From NCBI RefSeq assembly GCF_964213995.1, contig NC_135805.1, positions 68,758,001-68,822,000 on the forward strand: a DNA stretch of 64,000 nucleotides, in the 5' to 3' direction. Positions 1-13,980 of this stretch are shown here, in pieces (positions within the stretch are counted from its first letter, which is position 1; each line of letters starts with the position of its first letter). This DNA comes from Mustelus asterias (lineage: Eukaryota). Position numbers and translations under genes: made by a program. The notes under the pieces were generated by a model. It was not told the DNA's origin and did no database searches. It was given only the letters and a program-made list of their open reading frames with translations.

Positions 1-151
1 TCATAGAATCCTGCAGTACAGAAGGCGGCCATTCGGCCCATCGAGTCTGCATAGACCACAATCCCACCCTAACCCCATGCATTTACCCTAGCCAGTCCTC
101 CTGACACTAAGACGTAATTTAGCATGGCCAATCAACCTAACCCGCACATCT
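1..151 (-). mobile_element. HE1-type V-SINE, 3' half
   Basis: Reverse complement of the ...GGCCATGCTAAA...GACTCGATGGGCCGAATGGCC...GGATTCTATGA tail seen in the full copies (e.g. 49417-49750). Confidence 0.8.
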
Positions 152-152
152 T

Positions 153-808
153 AAGAACACAAGAACTAGGAGCATGAGTAGGCCATCTAGCCCCTCGAGC
201 CTACTCCGCCATTCAATAAGATCATGGCTGATGTTTTCGTGGACTTAACTCCACTTACCCGTCCGCTCACCATAACCCTTAATTCCTTTACTATTCAAAA
301 ATGTATCTATCCTTGCCTTAAAAACATTCAATGAGGTAGCCTCAACTGCTTCACTGGGTAGGGAATTCCACAGATTCACAACTGTGTGTGAAGAAGTTCC
401 TCCTCAACTCAGTCCTAAATCTGCTTCCCCCTATTTTGAGGCCATGCCCCCTAGTTCTAGTTTCACCTGCCAGTGAAAACAACTTCCCTGCTTCTATCTT
501 ATCTATTCCCTTCATAATCTTATATGTTTCTATAAGATCTCCCCTCATTCTTCTGAATTCGAATGAGTAAAGTCCCAGTCTACTCAGTCTCTCCTCATAA
601 GCCAATCCTCTCAACTCCGGAATCAACCTAGTGAATCTCCTCTGCACCCTCTCCGGTGCCAGTATATCCTTTCTCAAGTAAAGAGACCAAAACTGTACAC
701 AGTACTCCAGGTGTGGCCTCACCAGCACCTTAAACAGCTGCTAAATAACCTTGCTGTTTTTCAACTCCATCCCTCTAGCAATGAAGGACAAAATTCCATT
801 TGCCATTG
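153..808 (-). mobile_element. CR1-clade LINE 3' fragment
   Basis: ORF 351-728 (LVRPHLEYCVQFWS...RRMRGDLIETYKI) is the CR1 ORF2 C-terminus; followed by 3' UTR and short-repeat tail. Confidence 0.9.
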
Positions 809-1902
809 TGACAACTCCACTGGTCAATTAAAAGACAAATGCAAAAGGCTTTTTAAATAGTACAGAAGGTGCAGTTTATCAAAAGTTTAAATGAGTCTGT
901 CGGTTAATTGTGGGGTGTTTGAACAACCGCTTTTAACGTTAAAGGTCTCTAACAGGACCATAACAATTGCATTTCGAATTCCATTTGGACAATAGCATTC
1001 TGCTACGTGTGAGCACACACCAGCTCTACGATACAGTTTCTTACTGAGGTGCAAGGCTGCAGAGAATGTCTTTTTTCCCTCCAATTAGTTTTATCCGTCT
1101 GGGAAGAGCTATCTATTGCAGTTATTGTCTCTAATCATTTCAGTCTATCTATGATAAAAGTTAAAGGTGTGGTACAACAGTAAGCTAAAAGGTATATTAC
1201 AATTGATTCTTAGTGTGACAAGAGTTTTACATTGAACACGATATCAGCACAAGTCAAAGGATGGTTCTCCAAGTTGTTCATGGGTGTAGACCGGCCTGCT
1301 CTACAGGTTTAGCAGGTAGTTAGAATAACGATCACATTTCCACCCGATATCCACTTAGGAATAACAATATTAGTAAGCTCACACTACCCACTCTTTAAAA
1401 ACAATTGTCCTTTTCTTACTGCCTTTCTCTTCTTGACAGCACACATGATTTCCTGCAGCATAGTTGCACTTTGCAGAGATTCAAAGTGGCCATGATTGAT
1501 CACCATCTTATCTACTGGGGCAGCGCACTGCAGGTTATCTTGTCCTCATCTAACATTTGTGCTTCAGCATAGCTTGCAGGCAACAATCAGCCCTGGGGCA
1601 ATTTTCCCCTTCCTCACTGAGGACCAGGCAAGTCTAAAAGATCAGCACAGAATCACATCTGGAACTTCCTTGATTATCTTGTTGAGTTACTCAGTGAAGG
1701 AACTTCTTGCAACACCGGTGGAGCACAATCTATCCCAGGAAATTTCAAGCGAATTTCATTTAATATGCTTGATCACAGCTCCCTGCTGAAATTGAGCTTT
1801 TCTTTTCTGTTTCCACATTGAGGGGAAGAGAAGAATGAAGTTTTCCAGGTGTTGAAAATCACAGTACTTCAAAAATTTATTCGACTATTTATTTCCAATA
1901 TT

Positions 1903-2800
1903 AGAGCATAGAACATTACAGCGCAGTACAGGCCCTTCGGCCCTCGATGTTGCGCCGACCAGTGAAACCAATCTAAAGCCCCTCTAATCTACACTATTCC
2001 AATATCATCCATATGTTTATCCAATAACCATTTGAATGCTCTTAATGTTGACGAGTCCACTACTGCTGCAGGCAGGGCATTCCACGCCCTTACTACTCTC
2101 GGAGTAAAGAACCTACCTCTAACATCTGTCCTATATCTATCACCCCTCAATTTAAAGCTATGTCCCCTCGTGTTAGCCATCATCATCCGAGGAAAAAGGC
2201 TCTCACTATCCAACCTATCTATTCCTCTGATCATCTTGTAAGCCTCTATTAAGTCACCTCTTAACCTTCTTCTCTCTAACGAAAACAACCTCAAGTCCCT
2301 CAGCCTTTCCTCATACGATTTTCCCACCATACCAGGCAACATCCTGGTAAATCTCCTCTGCACCCTTTCCAACACTTCCACATCCTTCCTATAATGCGGC
2401 GACCAGAACTGTACGCAATACTCCAAGTGCGGCCGCACCAGAGTTTTGTACAGTTGCAACATGACCTCCTAGCTCCGAAACTCAATCCCTCTGCCAATAA
2501 AAGCTAACAGACCATACGCCTTCTTAACAATCCTATCAACCTGGGTGCCAACTTTCAGGGATCTATGCACATGGACACCCAGATCCCTCTGTTCATCCAC
2601 ACTACCAAGTATCTTACCATTAGCCCAGTACTCTGTATTCTTGTTACTCCTTCCAAAGTGAATCACTTCGCACTTTTCCGCATTAAACTCCATTTGCCAC
2701 CTCTCAACCCAGCTCTGCAGCTTATCTATGTCCCTCTGTAACCTGCCACTTCCCTCCGCACTGTCTACAACTCCACCGACTTTAGTGTCATCCGCAAATT
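1903..2800 (-). mobile_element. Young CR1/HER1-like LINE, 5'-truncated
   Basis: KFADDTK to RPHLEYCVQFW to 3' tail; near-identical to the 3' end of the 16940-19745 copy. Confidence 0.92.
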
Positions 2801-2995
2801 TTATACTTTAACAAAATGATAAGGACACTTAAGTATTTTCTACAAATTACAGCTAGGCACACAGCTGCTGATGGACTATTCAACCTACTAAAACACTAAG
2901 AAGTGCAGGCTACAAAAAAGAACATTAGTGAGTGTTGCTGGCAATGCCACCATTTATTGCACATTGCTAATTGCCCTTTAGAACGATGTTGCGTT

Positions 2996-3300
2996 TAAAG
3001 TTTATTTGTTAGTGTCACAAGTAGGCTTACATTAATACTGCAATGAAGTTACTGTGAAAATCCCCTTGTTGGCACATTCCGGCGCCTGTTCAGGTAACTG
3101 AGGGAGAATTTAGCATGGCCAATGCACCTAACCAGCACATCTTTAGCACTGTGGGAGGAAACTGGAGCACCCGAAGGAAACCCACGCAGACATGGGGAGA
3201 ACATGCAGACTCCACACAGACAGTGACCCAAGCCGGGAATCAAACCCCGATCCCTGGTGCTGTAAGGCAGCAGTGCTAACCACTGTGCCACCATGCTGCC
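2996..3300 (-). mobile_element. V-SINE, tail type B
   Basis: tRNA-like head (GGTGGCACAGTGGTTAGCACTGCTGCC), V domain (GTGTGGAGT.TGCA.GTTCTCCCC.TGTCTGCGTGGGTTTCC) and tail ...GTAAGCCTACTTGTGACACTAACAAATAAAC. Confidence 0.88.
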
Positions 3301-3449
3301 GGTGAACTGCCTTCATGAACCACTGCAATCTGTATGGTATAGACACTCTCACAGAGCTGCTAGTGTGTGTTTCAGGAATTTGGCCTAGCGACAAAGAAGG
3401 AATGGTAATATAGTTCCAAGTCAGGATGGTGTATGTGCTTACATACGTA

Positions 3450-4700
3450 CATACAAATTAGGAGCCTGCTTCGCCATTCAATAAGATCATGGCTGGTCTG
3501 TCTGTGACCTCAACTTACCATTCCGCCTACCCCAAAAAACCTTTGACTCCCTTGTTAGTCAAGAATCTATCACTGCCTTAAAAATATTAATTGACCCTGC
3601 TCCACCACTCTCTGGGAAGAGAGTTCCAAAGATTCAACAAATCTCAAAAAAATTCTCATCTCCATCTTGAATTGGAGGCCCTTTTTTTTTAAAACTATAT
3701 CCCTTTCAACATACACTTTTTCAAGTCCCCTCAAAGTCTTATACGTTCCAATTAGATCACCTCTCAATCTTCTAAACTTCAATGGAAACAGGCTCTGCCT
3801 GTCTAATTTTTCCTTGCAAGATAACTCTCATTCCAAGAACCAGTTGAGTGAATTGCTGCTAATGCATTGATACCCTTTCTTAAATAACGAGACCAAAACT
3901 GTACACAGTATTCTAGATGTGGCCTCACCAACAGATACAAGTGTAGCAAAATATCCCGACTTTTATATTTCATTACCCTTGCAATAAATGAGAACATTAT
4001 ATTTGCCTTCCTAATCACTTGCCCTAACTACGTGTTAACTTTTCCTGATTCATATACTAGTACACCAAGATGCTTCTGTGCCTCTAGAGTTTTGCAATCT
4101 CTAATAAAATACTGCTTTCCAATTTTTCCTACCAACGTGGACAAGTTCTGAAAATCTAAGAACACCACATCCATCGGTTCCCCATTATCTACATTGCTTG
4201 TTATTTCCTCAAAGAACTCCAATAAATTAGTCAAATATGATTTCCCTTTTACAAAACCATCTTTACTATACTAGATTGCACCAAGATGTCCTATGTGCCC
4301 CGCTATAACTTCCAACTATAATAGATTGCAGCAACTTCTCTGCGGCAGATGTTCAACTAATTGGTCTATAGTTTCCTTCTTTCCAACCCTTTCCTTTCTT
4401 GAAAAGAGTCAAATTCACTATTTACCACTTCTCTCAGAACTGGTACCAGTGCCCTATGAATCGAAACCCATTTTTCCATTCTTCCTGACTTCTACTTAAC
4501 TCTAATCTGATTTACCCTACGCCAATTTGCTCATGGCTCAGGTAGTAATTCAGAGATTACTACCTTTAAGATTCTGCTTTTTAATTTAGCCCTTGGCTGC
4601 TCCTATTCACTCAGCAGAACCTTCTTCTAATTCTGCCTATGTCATTCGCACCTTCATTGACCATGACCACTGGGCCTCCTCCTACCACTGCAAGTTCCTC
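3450..4700 (-). mobile_element. Old, deleted CR1 LINE fragments
   Basis: Degenerate TNLLEFFEEIT, DVVFLDFQ, LVRPHLEYCVQFW and RRLRGDLI motifs with frameshifts. Confidence 0.8.
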
Positions 4701-4709
4701 TCCTCTGGT

Positions 4710-6585
4710 GACCATGAAACCACTTGTCAATTGTGGTTAAACTCCACCTGGTTCACTAATGACCTTTAGGGAAGGAAATCTGCCATCCTTACCTGGTCTG
4801 GCTTATGTGTGACTCTAGACACACAGCAATGTGGTTGACTCTTAAATGCCATCTGAAATGGCCTACCAAGACACTCAGCTGTATCAAACCATTACAAAGT
4901 CTATAAAAAGGAATGAAACTGGACAGATCACCACGCATCGATGAAGGTAAAAGCTAAAGTTTATTTATTAGTCACAAGTAGACTTACAGTCACACTGCAG
5001 TGAAGTTACTGTGAAAATCCCCTAGTTGCCACTCTCCGGCGCCTGTTCGGGTACACTGAGGGAGAATTTAGCATGGCCAATTCACCGTACCTGCACATCT
5101 TTGGTCTGCAGGAGGAAACCGGAGCACCCGGAGGAAACCCACGCAGACACAGGGAGAATGTGCAAACTCCACACAGACAGTAACCCAAGCTGGGAATCGA
5201 ACCCAGGTCCCCGGCGCTGTGAGGCAGCAGTGCTAACCACTGTGCGTACCAGAAACAACAATGGCAAATCCTGTTGGCCTTGCAAAGTCTTCCTTACTAA
5301 TATTTGGGGATCTTGTGGCAAAATTGGGAAAGCTGTCCATGACTCGTCAATAACAGTCTGATATAGTCGTACTCACCGAATCATTACAAAGTTCTAGACA
5401 CCACCATCATCATCCCTGGGTCTGACTTGTCGACAAGGCAGATCCACCAGGGGTAGCGGCATATTTATTATACAGTCGAGAAGGAGTCGTCCTGGGAGTT
5501 CTCAATATTAACTCTGGACCTCATGTAGTCTCACCGCATCAAGTCATACTTGGGTAAGGAAACCTCCTGCTGATTACTACTTAGTACCCCATCTCAACTG
5601 ATGAATCAGTACTTCTCCTTGTTGAACACCATTTGGAGGAAGCACTCAGAATGGCTAGAGCACAGAATGTACTCTAGGTGAGGGACTTCAATATCAATCA
5701 CCAAGAACGTCTCCTTCACACCACTACTGACTGAGCTGGCCAAGTCCTAAAGGGTATAGCTGTTGGACTGGTTCTGCGGCAAGGGAACCAACAAGAGGGA
5801 AAAACCTATTTGATCTCGTCCTCACCAATCCCCAGTCACAGATGCATCTGTCCATGACAATACTGGTAGCAGTGATCACCGCACAGTCCTTGTGGAGACA
5901 AAGGCCTGTCTTCACATTGAGAATAACCTCCATTGTTGTGTTGCACTATCACAGTACTAAATGGGATTGTCTTCAAACAAATCTAGCAATTCAAAACTGA
6001 GCAACTATGACCTAACAGCAGCAGCAAAATTGTAAACAACTACAGTCTGTAACCTCATGGCCCAGCATATTCCCCACTCTAACATTACCATCAAGCAAGG
6101 AGATCAACCCTGGTCCAATGAAGCATGCGGGAGGACATACCAGGAGTAGCAAGCACCACATAAAGCAGAAGAGGTGTCAACCTGATGAAGCAACAGCACA
6201 GGAATATTTGCATGCCAAACAGTGAAAGCAGCATGCAATGGACAGAGCTCAGTGATCCCACAACCAACAGATCTGTCCTAAGCACTGCAGTTCTGCCACA
6301 TCTAATCACGAGTGTGGTGGTCAAATAAAAACTAACTGGAAGAGAAGGCTCCACAAATAATCCCATTTTCAATGATGGGGGGACCTAGCACGTCAGTGAA
6401 AAAAGACAAGCCTGTGGCATTTTCAACAATCCTCAACCAGAAGTTTTTCCATTTCTGTTTCCACTGGAGGGCCCTAACATCACAGATTCTAGTCCTCAGC
6501 CAATTCTATTCACTCCACATGATATCAAGAAACAGCTGAAGGCACTGAATACTGTAAAGACCCTAACAACATTCCGGAAATTGTA
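4710..6585 (+). mobile_element. Old CR1/L2-group LINE fragment (5' region and endonuclease), interrupted by a SINE
   Basis: Decayed APE-like motifs (GDFN at ~5682, LFDLVLTN, GSSDH) with many stops. Confidence 0.6.
4950..5245 (-). mobile_element. V-SINE, tail type B
   Basis: Same head, V domain and tail as 2996-3300. Confidence 0.88.
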
Positions 6586-7069
6586 CTGATTGTGTTTAGT
6601 ACATTAGTAGAGAATTGTATCCTATTATAGACCAGCTTCAACCAACTGCATGCCTCGAATCTTAATTTCTGTACAATTGTTTAAGAATGATACCCTGCCA
6701 CTCAACTGCTAATTGTAAAGGGCCATACAAGCCAGCAGTTGGATCACTGGTGTGCAGGTGCAATTTCAGGAATCTTCATGAATAAACATGATATTTCTTG
6801 ATTTCAGTTTCTAAAATTCTATTTTCAACTGTTTCTGGAAATGTCCAAAATATGTCTTTAGTTGGGTCCCAAAGCCTCTGAAAATAAGTGTCACCTCATC
6901 TACTCAACACCACCACTGAACTGTAGTTTGAAGAGCTATTAAACTTGTGACCGGATTCAGGGAAAAAAAAAATCACAACTATTAATAATGTTTATCAAGT
7001 GTTTCTGGTTTCCTTCAGGTCAAACAAACATCATCAATCACCTTTATTATATTGTTTTATTTATTATAT

Positions 7070-9760
7070 TGTTCAGGAGGGACAGGGAAGGAGGCAAAAG
7101 AGGTGGGGGAGTGGCACTGTTGATCAGGGATAGTGTCACAGCTGTAGAAAAGATGGATGCCACAGAAGGATTGTCTACGGAATCTCTGTGGGTGGAGGTT
7201 AGGAACAGGAAGGGGTTAACTTTACTGGGTGTTTTCTATAGGCCGCCCAATAGTAGCAGAGATATGGAGGAGCAGATTGGGAAGCAGATTCTGGAGAGAT
7301 GTGATAATAACAGGGTGGTCGTGATGGGAGATTTTAATTTCCCAAATATCAATTGGAATATCCCTAGGGTAAGGGGTTTAGATGGAGAGGAGTTTGTTAG
7401 GTGTGTTCAGTAGAGCTTCCTGACACAGTATGTGGATAAGCCTACAAGAGGAGAGGCTGTGCTTGATTTGATATTAGGGAATGAACCTGGGCAGGTGTCA
7501 GATCTATCAGTGGGAGAGCATTTTGGGGATAGTGATCATAACTCTATCTCTTTTACACTAGCACTGGAGAGAGATAAGATCAGTCAAGCTAGGAAAGTGT
7601 TTATCTGGAGTAAGGGCAACTATGATGCTATTAGGCAGGAAATTAGAGGCATAAATTGGAAGGAGGTTTTCTCAGGGAAATGTACGGAAGAAATGTGACA
7701 AATTTTCAAGGAAAATTTGTCTGGAGCTCTGCACGGCAATGTTCCGGTGCGACAGGGGAGTTATGGTAGGTTACAGGAACCGTGGTGCACGAAAGCTGTA
7801 ACGGATTTAGTCAGGAAGAAAAGAAAAACCTACAAAAGGTTCAGGGAGCTAGGTAATGTTAGAAATCTAGAAAAGTATACGACTAGTAGGAAGGAACTAA
7901 AGAGGGAAATTAGAAGAGCCAGGAGGGGACATGAGAAGGCCTTGGCAGACAGGATAAAGGAAAACCCCAAGGCATTCTACAAGTATGTGAAGAACAAGAG
8001 GATAAGATGTGAAGGAGTAGGTCCTATCAAATGTGACGGTGGGAAAGTCTGTACTGAACCGGTTGAAATAGCAGAGGTACTCAATGAATACTTTGCTTCA
8101 GTATTCACAGTGGAAAAGGATCTTGGTAGTTGCAGTGCAGACTTGCAGTGGACTGGGAAGATTGAGCATGTGGGCATTAAGAAAGAGGATGTGTTGGAGC
8201 TGTTGAAAAGCATCAAGTTAGATAAATCGCCGGGACCAGATGGGATGTACCCCAGGTTACTGTGGGAGGCGAGGGAAGAGATTGCTGATCCTCTGGCGAT
8301 GATCTTTGCATCGTCAATGGAGACGGGAGAGGTTCCGGAGGATGGGGGATGTGGTTCCGTTATTCAAGAAAGGGAGAAGAGATAGCCCAGGAAATTATAG
8401 ACCGGTGAGTCTAACTTCAGTGGTAGGTAAGTTGATGGAGAAGATCCTGAGAGGCAGGATTTATGAACATTTGGAAAGGAATAGTATGATCAGAAGTAGC
8501 CAGCACGGCTTTGTCCGAGGCAGATCATGCCTTACCTTACGAGTCTGATTGAGTTTTTTTGAAGATGTGACTAGACACTTAGATGGGGGAAGAGCGGTAG
8601 ATGTGGTTTATATGGATTTCAGTAAGGCGTTTGATAAGGTGCCCCATGCAAGGCTTATGGAGAAAGTGAAGGGTCATGGGATACAAGGGGACGTTGCTTT
8701 GTGGATTCAGAACTGGCTTGCCCACAGAAGGCAAAGAGTGGTTGTAGATAGGTATTTTTCAGAGTGAAGGACGGTCATCAGTGGGGGGCCCCTGGAATCT
8801 GTTCTGGGACCCTTGCTCTTTGTGATTTTTATAAATGACCTGGATGAGGAAGTGGAAGGATGGGTTGGCAAGTTTGCTGATGATACAAAGGTTGGAGGTG
8901 TTGTGGATAGTGTAGAGGGATGTCAGCAGTTGCAATGAGGCATAGACAAAATGCAAGACTGGGCAGAGAAGTGGCAGGTGGACTTCAACCCAGATAAGTG
9001 TGTGGTGGTTCATTTTGGCAGGTCGAATAGGATGGAAGAATATAATATTAAGGGTAAGACGCTTGGCAGTGTGGAAGAACAGAGGGATCTTGGGGTCTGG
9101 GTTCATAGGACGCTCAAAGCAGCGTCGCAGGTAGAGGCTGTGGTTAAGAAGGCGTATGGAATACTGGCCTTCATCAATAGAGGAATTAAGTTTAGAAATC
9201 GGGAGATAATGCTGCAGCTGTATAGGACCCTGGTCAGACCCCACCTGGAGTACTGTGCCCAGTTCTGGTCGCCTCATTACAGAAAGGATGTGGAAGCCAT
9301 AGAACAGGTGCAGAGGAGATTTATGAAGATGTTGCCGGGATTAAGTGGTATGCCTTATGAGGATAGGTTGAGAGAGCTAGGTCTATTCTCCTCGGAGAGG
9401 CGAAGGATGAGAGGTGACCTGATAGAGGTGTACAAGATGTTGAAAGGTATTGATAGAGTGGATTCTCAGAGGCTTTTACCCAGGGCTGAAATGGTTGTCA
9501 TGAGAGGCCACAGGTTTAGGGTGCTGGGGAGTAGGTAAGTTTTTCACTTAGAGGATGGTGGGTGCATGGAATCGGCTGCCGGTAGTGGTGGTGGAAGCGG
9601 ATTCGATTGAGTCTTTTAAGAGACTTTTGGATAGGTTCATGGAGGTTAGTAAGATAGAAGGTTATAGATGAGCCTAGAAGGTAAGGAAATTGTTTGGCGC
9701 AACTTGTGGGCCGAAGGGCCTGTTTGTGCTGTAGCTTTTCTATGTTCTATGTTCTATATG
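7070..9760 (+). mobile_element. CR1/HER1-like LINE, 5'-truncated, ORF2 (APE+RT) with stops and frameshifts
   Basis: RRDREGGKRGGGVAL, MGDFN, GDSDHN, KSPGPDG, YRPVSLTS, DFSKAFDKVPH, KFADDTK; tail (TTCTATG)n at ~9738-9760. Confidence 0.93.
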
Positions 9761-9764
9761 TTCA

Positions 9765-10145
9765 ATGGCAGCACTCTCAAACTCAGAACCTTCTGGCTCC
9801 AAGGTAAGTCTTACTTGCGAGTGAAATACAAAATCTAGATTGACATTCTACAGTGCAGTACAAAGGGATTGCTGCACTGTCAGAGGTGCCATCTTTTGGA
9901 TGGAATGGATGCAAAAGATCCTATGACATTACTTTGAAGAGGTGTTGTGGCCATTATTTATGCCTGAATCGACTTCGCTAAGATTGTCAGACCATTATCA
10001 CATTGCTTTTTGGTGGGACCTTGCTGTGTGCAAACTGGTTGCCACATTTCTTATATTGGTGGCTATTCTGCAAAAATACTTTTTGTTAAGTTATTAAGCG
10101 CTTTGCAATATCTAAAAGTTCTGAAAGGTAGTTTATAAATGCAAA
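9765..10145 (+). mobile_element. Deu-domain SINE (SacSINE1/AmnSINE-like), degenerate
   Basis: CAGTGCAGTAC..AGGGA.TGCTGCACTGTCAGAGGTGCC core and CATTATCACATTGCT...GTGGGA.CTTGCTGTG.GCAAA.TGG; similar to 46990-47415. Confidence 0.6.
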
Positions 10146-10399
10146 TTATTTATCTTCCTTTATTGTATCCATATTACTATTACTTGGTTGCCTGCTCCCC
10201 AATAGTGATACAAAAGTTACAAAATAAAGAAAATCAATTCTAAAATATTAAAATTAGACAAGTAGAATAGGTGATCAATTTATGTATTGACAAGCAACTT
10301 AAATTAAATTCAATTAGTCTTAAACTAAAAGATTACAGGTTTTCTGATCATTTACCTCTTTGCTATTTGTGGGACCTTTCTGCATGTAAAATGGCTGGG

Positions 10400-11710
10400 A
10401 ACATAGGAACAGGAGAAAGTCATTTAGCCCCTCAAATCTGTTCTGCAGGCATCAAAGGCATCATCACTGACTTGACCTAATTTCATCTACCTGTCATTCC
10501 CTCATACCCAGTGATATCTTTGCTTAACAAAAATCTATCAATCTCAGATTTAAAAATTACAATTGATCTTACATTAATTGCCACTTGCAGAAGAAGGTTA
10601 CAAACTCCTACCATCCTTTGTAGGTACAAGTGTTTCCCGATTTTACTCCTGAAAGGACTGATCCTAATATTTAGGCGCTCTACCCTGCACGTTCCCCCCA
10701 ATATCTTGAATACATCAATCATCATGCATTATCTTCTCAATTCCAGGAACTACAACTAATGTTTGTATAATCCATAACGTAATCCTTGGAGTCAGGAATA
10801 TGTTGATAAATCTCTGATGTACTCCCGCCAAGGCCAACATAACACTTTTAAAATGTGGTGCCCAGAATTGTTTACAGTACTGTGGTTGTGATCTAACCAG
10901 GGTTTTGTACCCCCTTGTACTTGAATCCTCTAGGTATAAAGGTCAGCATCCCATTAGGCTTTTTGATCTTTAATAATCTATGTATATGGAGACCCAGGTT
11001 TCTTTGGAGCGCCACTGTTTCTCGCTTTCACCATTTAGAAAGTACTCTATGCCATCCTTTCCAGGTCTAAAGTGGATTACCTCACATTTGCAGACACTGA
11101 AATCCGTTCGCCACAGTTTTGTCCATTTTTATGCTTCCATCTACACTACTTACAATACTGCCTATCTTTCTATCATTAGCAAATGTTGTCATCTAGCCTT
11201 GCACCCCATCATAAATATGATAAATGGTTGAGGTCCCAACATGGATGCTGCTGGTTACACCTTACCAATTAGAGAATGTGCCCATTATCCCTATTCTCTG
11301 TCACTTGCCAATCAGCCAATTTCATAACCAGGAATTTGTTTTCAATTCCAAGAAGTTCGCTGTCTCTTATTACGATGGACTTTATCAAATGCCTTATGAA
11401 GTCCATGCAAATACCACCTACAGATATTCATTCCCCTGTCCGCTACTTTAGTCACCTTTTCAAACAATTCCATCAGGTTCATCATACCTGGCCAACCCTT
11501 TTCAAATCCATGCTGGCTCTCTCTGATCAGCTGAAAATCTTCTAAGTTTTCAGTCACTCTACTGTCAGTTATAGACTCCAGTAACTTATCAACACATGTG
11601 CTAGGCTAACTAGTCTGTAATTTTCTGCTTTCCCCCTCTCATTTTATAGAATAGCAGAATGGCATGCACAACCTTCCAATTTAAAGGAATTGTTTCCAGA
11701 TCTAGAGAAT
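10400..11710 (-). mobile_element. Old CR1 LINE fragment
   Basis: Degenerate SQHGF, KAFDKV and DVFKIL motifs; 3' tail near 10400. Confidence 0.75.
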
Positions 11711-11714
11711 ATTC

Positions 11715-13203
11715 AAATCCTTTCTAGCCACATGAGGTGTCAAGAGGACTGGACAACACCTAATGTGGTACTATTTTTCAAGAAGGTTAGTAGGGATAAA
11801 CTAGGTAATTAAAGGCCAATGAGTCTAACATCAGTGGTGGGGAAATTATTAGAAGAAGTTCTGAGGGACAGAATTAATCTCCACTTGGAGAGGCAAGGAT
11901 TAATCAAGGATAGTCAGCATGGCTTTGTCAGGAGTGGGGAGATCATGTCTAACAAATTTGATTGAATTTTTCAAACAGATGACTAGGTATGTAGGTAAAG
12001 GCAGTGCAGTTGATGTAGTCCACATGGAATTCAGTAAGGCTTTTAACAAAGTCCAGCATGGGAGATTGTTCAAGAAGGTAATAGCCCATGGAATCCAAGA
12101 CAATTCGGCAAATTAGATCCAAAATTTACTTAGTGGCACGAAGCAAAGTTGACGGTCGAAGATTGTTTTTGTGAATGAAAGCCTATGTCCAGTGGTGTAC
12201 CGCAGGGATTGATGCTGGGTCCCTTGCTTTTTGTAATACATTAATGATCTAGACATGAAAATAGTAGGTATGTGGTCAGCAAGTTCGCAGGTGACATGAA
12301 AATTGGTGGTGTGGTAAATAGCAAGGAGGAAAGCCTTAGATTACAGGACAATACAGACAAGCTGGTCAGATGGGCAGAACAGTGGCAAATGGAATTTAAC
12401 CCTGAAAAGTGTGAAGTGATGCATTTTGGGAGGACTAATACACAACGGAATACACAATGAACAGTAGGATGCTAGTAAATACAGTGGACCAGAGGGATCT
12501 TGGGGTGCATTTCCATAGATCCCTGAGGAGAACAGGGCAGATAGATAAGGTGTTAAGACTGCATATAGGATATTTACCTTTCTTAGCCAAAGAATAGTAC
12601 ATAAGAGCAAGGAGGTTATGATGGAACTGTATAAAACATTCATTAGGCCACAGCTAAAGTATTGTGTGCAGTTCTGGTCACCACACCATGAGGAGGATGT
12701 GACTGCACTAAAGGGGGTGCAGAGGAGATTTACCAGGAAACTGTCTGGGCTGCAGTGTTTCAGCTGTAAAGGGAAGCTGCTTAGGCTGGAGTTGTTTACC
12801 TTGGAGCAGAGAAGGCTGAGGGGGGACCTGATCGAGGTGTATAAAATTATGAGGAACATAGACAAGATAGATAAGGAGGAACTTTCCCCTTAGTAGAGCG
12901 GTCAATAACCAGGGGGCATAAATTTAGAGTAAAGGGCTAGAGATTTAGAATGGATTGGAGGAACAACATTTTCATCCAGAAGGTGAAGGGAATCTGGAAT
13001 TCGGCCTGAAACAGTAGCAGAGGCTGGTACCCTCACAACATTTAAGAAGAATTTAGATGAGCACCTGAAATGCCATGTGCCATAGCATACAAAGCTTTGG
13101 GCCAAGTGCTGGAAAATGGGATTAGAATAGATAGGTGCTTGATGACTGGGCAGACAAAACGGGCCAAAAGGCCTATTTTTGTGCTATAAAACTCCATGAC
13201 TCC
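11715..13203 (+). mobile_element. CR1 LINE RT to 3' end, degenerate
   Basis: SCLTNLIEFF, FSKAFNKV, SKFAGD, RPQLKYCVQFW, RRLRGDLIEVYK; tail ...ACTCCATGACTC. Confidence 0.88.
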
Positions 13204-13500
13204 AACTTTGGAAGATTATAGTCAGCATCAGCAATATTCTCACCTACTTCCTTTAAAACCATCTGATTCTAAGGATTTAAACTTTACTTCCTTTAAAACC
13301 CTCTGGTTCTAGGGATTTCTCACTGCTTAGAGGAGTTATTTCCTTCATTACTGTTATTTTGCTTACATTCAATTATATGATGTCTCTTACTACATCTTTA
13401 GTCATCTATGGCTGCTTGTTGGCAAGTGTTTGCATTTTAGAGGTATAATCTGTGCCTATAATATATCACATTAAATATTTTGTGGACACCCAATGACCTT

Positions 13501-13668
13501 AGAATCATAGAATCCCTACAGTGCAGGAGGCCATTTGGCCCATCGAGTCTGCACCAAACACAATCCCACCCAGGCCCAATCCCCATAACCCCATGCATTT
13601 ACCCTACCCAGACCCCTGACACTAACGGGCAATTTAGCATGGCCAATCCACCTAACCTGCACATCTTT
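13501..13668 (-). mobile_element. HE1-type V-SINE, 3' half
   Basis: AGAATCATAGAATCCCTACAGTGCAG...GGCCATTTGGCCCATCGAGTCTGCACC...CTAACCTGCACATCTTTG. Confidence 0.8.
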
Positions 13669-13980
13669 GAACCATGGGAGCACTTGTTATTTACAGTGGA
13701 GAATCTCTCCCTTAGCTCCATTAAGCAGTTGAGATATTGCAGAAGTTCTCATTAGATGATACAAAACCAAATATTTGCCCTCACCAACTAACAACCCCCC
13801 AAATCAGGGGCTGAACCAATGCAGGGTCTCTGCTGAGAAACTATCAATATATTGCCCCTGATAGAGGCTGATCTGGTGGTGTCCCTATTAAGGTATTAAC
13901 ATCAATATATTGACCATCAGCCAGGGGCTGATCCAATACATGGTCTCTATCCACAAAGTTAGGTGAAATCACTCTCCCAC

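Noticed and set aside
810-1900. Possible GOPC exon 2 or a decayed helicase/viral ORF on the minus strand
   Set aside because: Partial hand translation gave frequent stops, no AQLVDLKSEL-like GOPC peptide and only an isolated RAGR. Left unassigned.
3049-3294. Repeated MVAQWLALL...GHCLCGVC peptides as a small-protein family
   Set aside because: Translations of the V-SINE head and V domain.
13245-13318. ~34-bp direct duplication (TACTTCCTTTAAAACC.TCTG.TTCTA.GGATTT)
   Set aside because: Ordinary local slippage inside old LINE-derived sequence.
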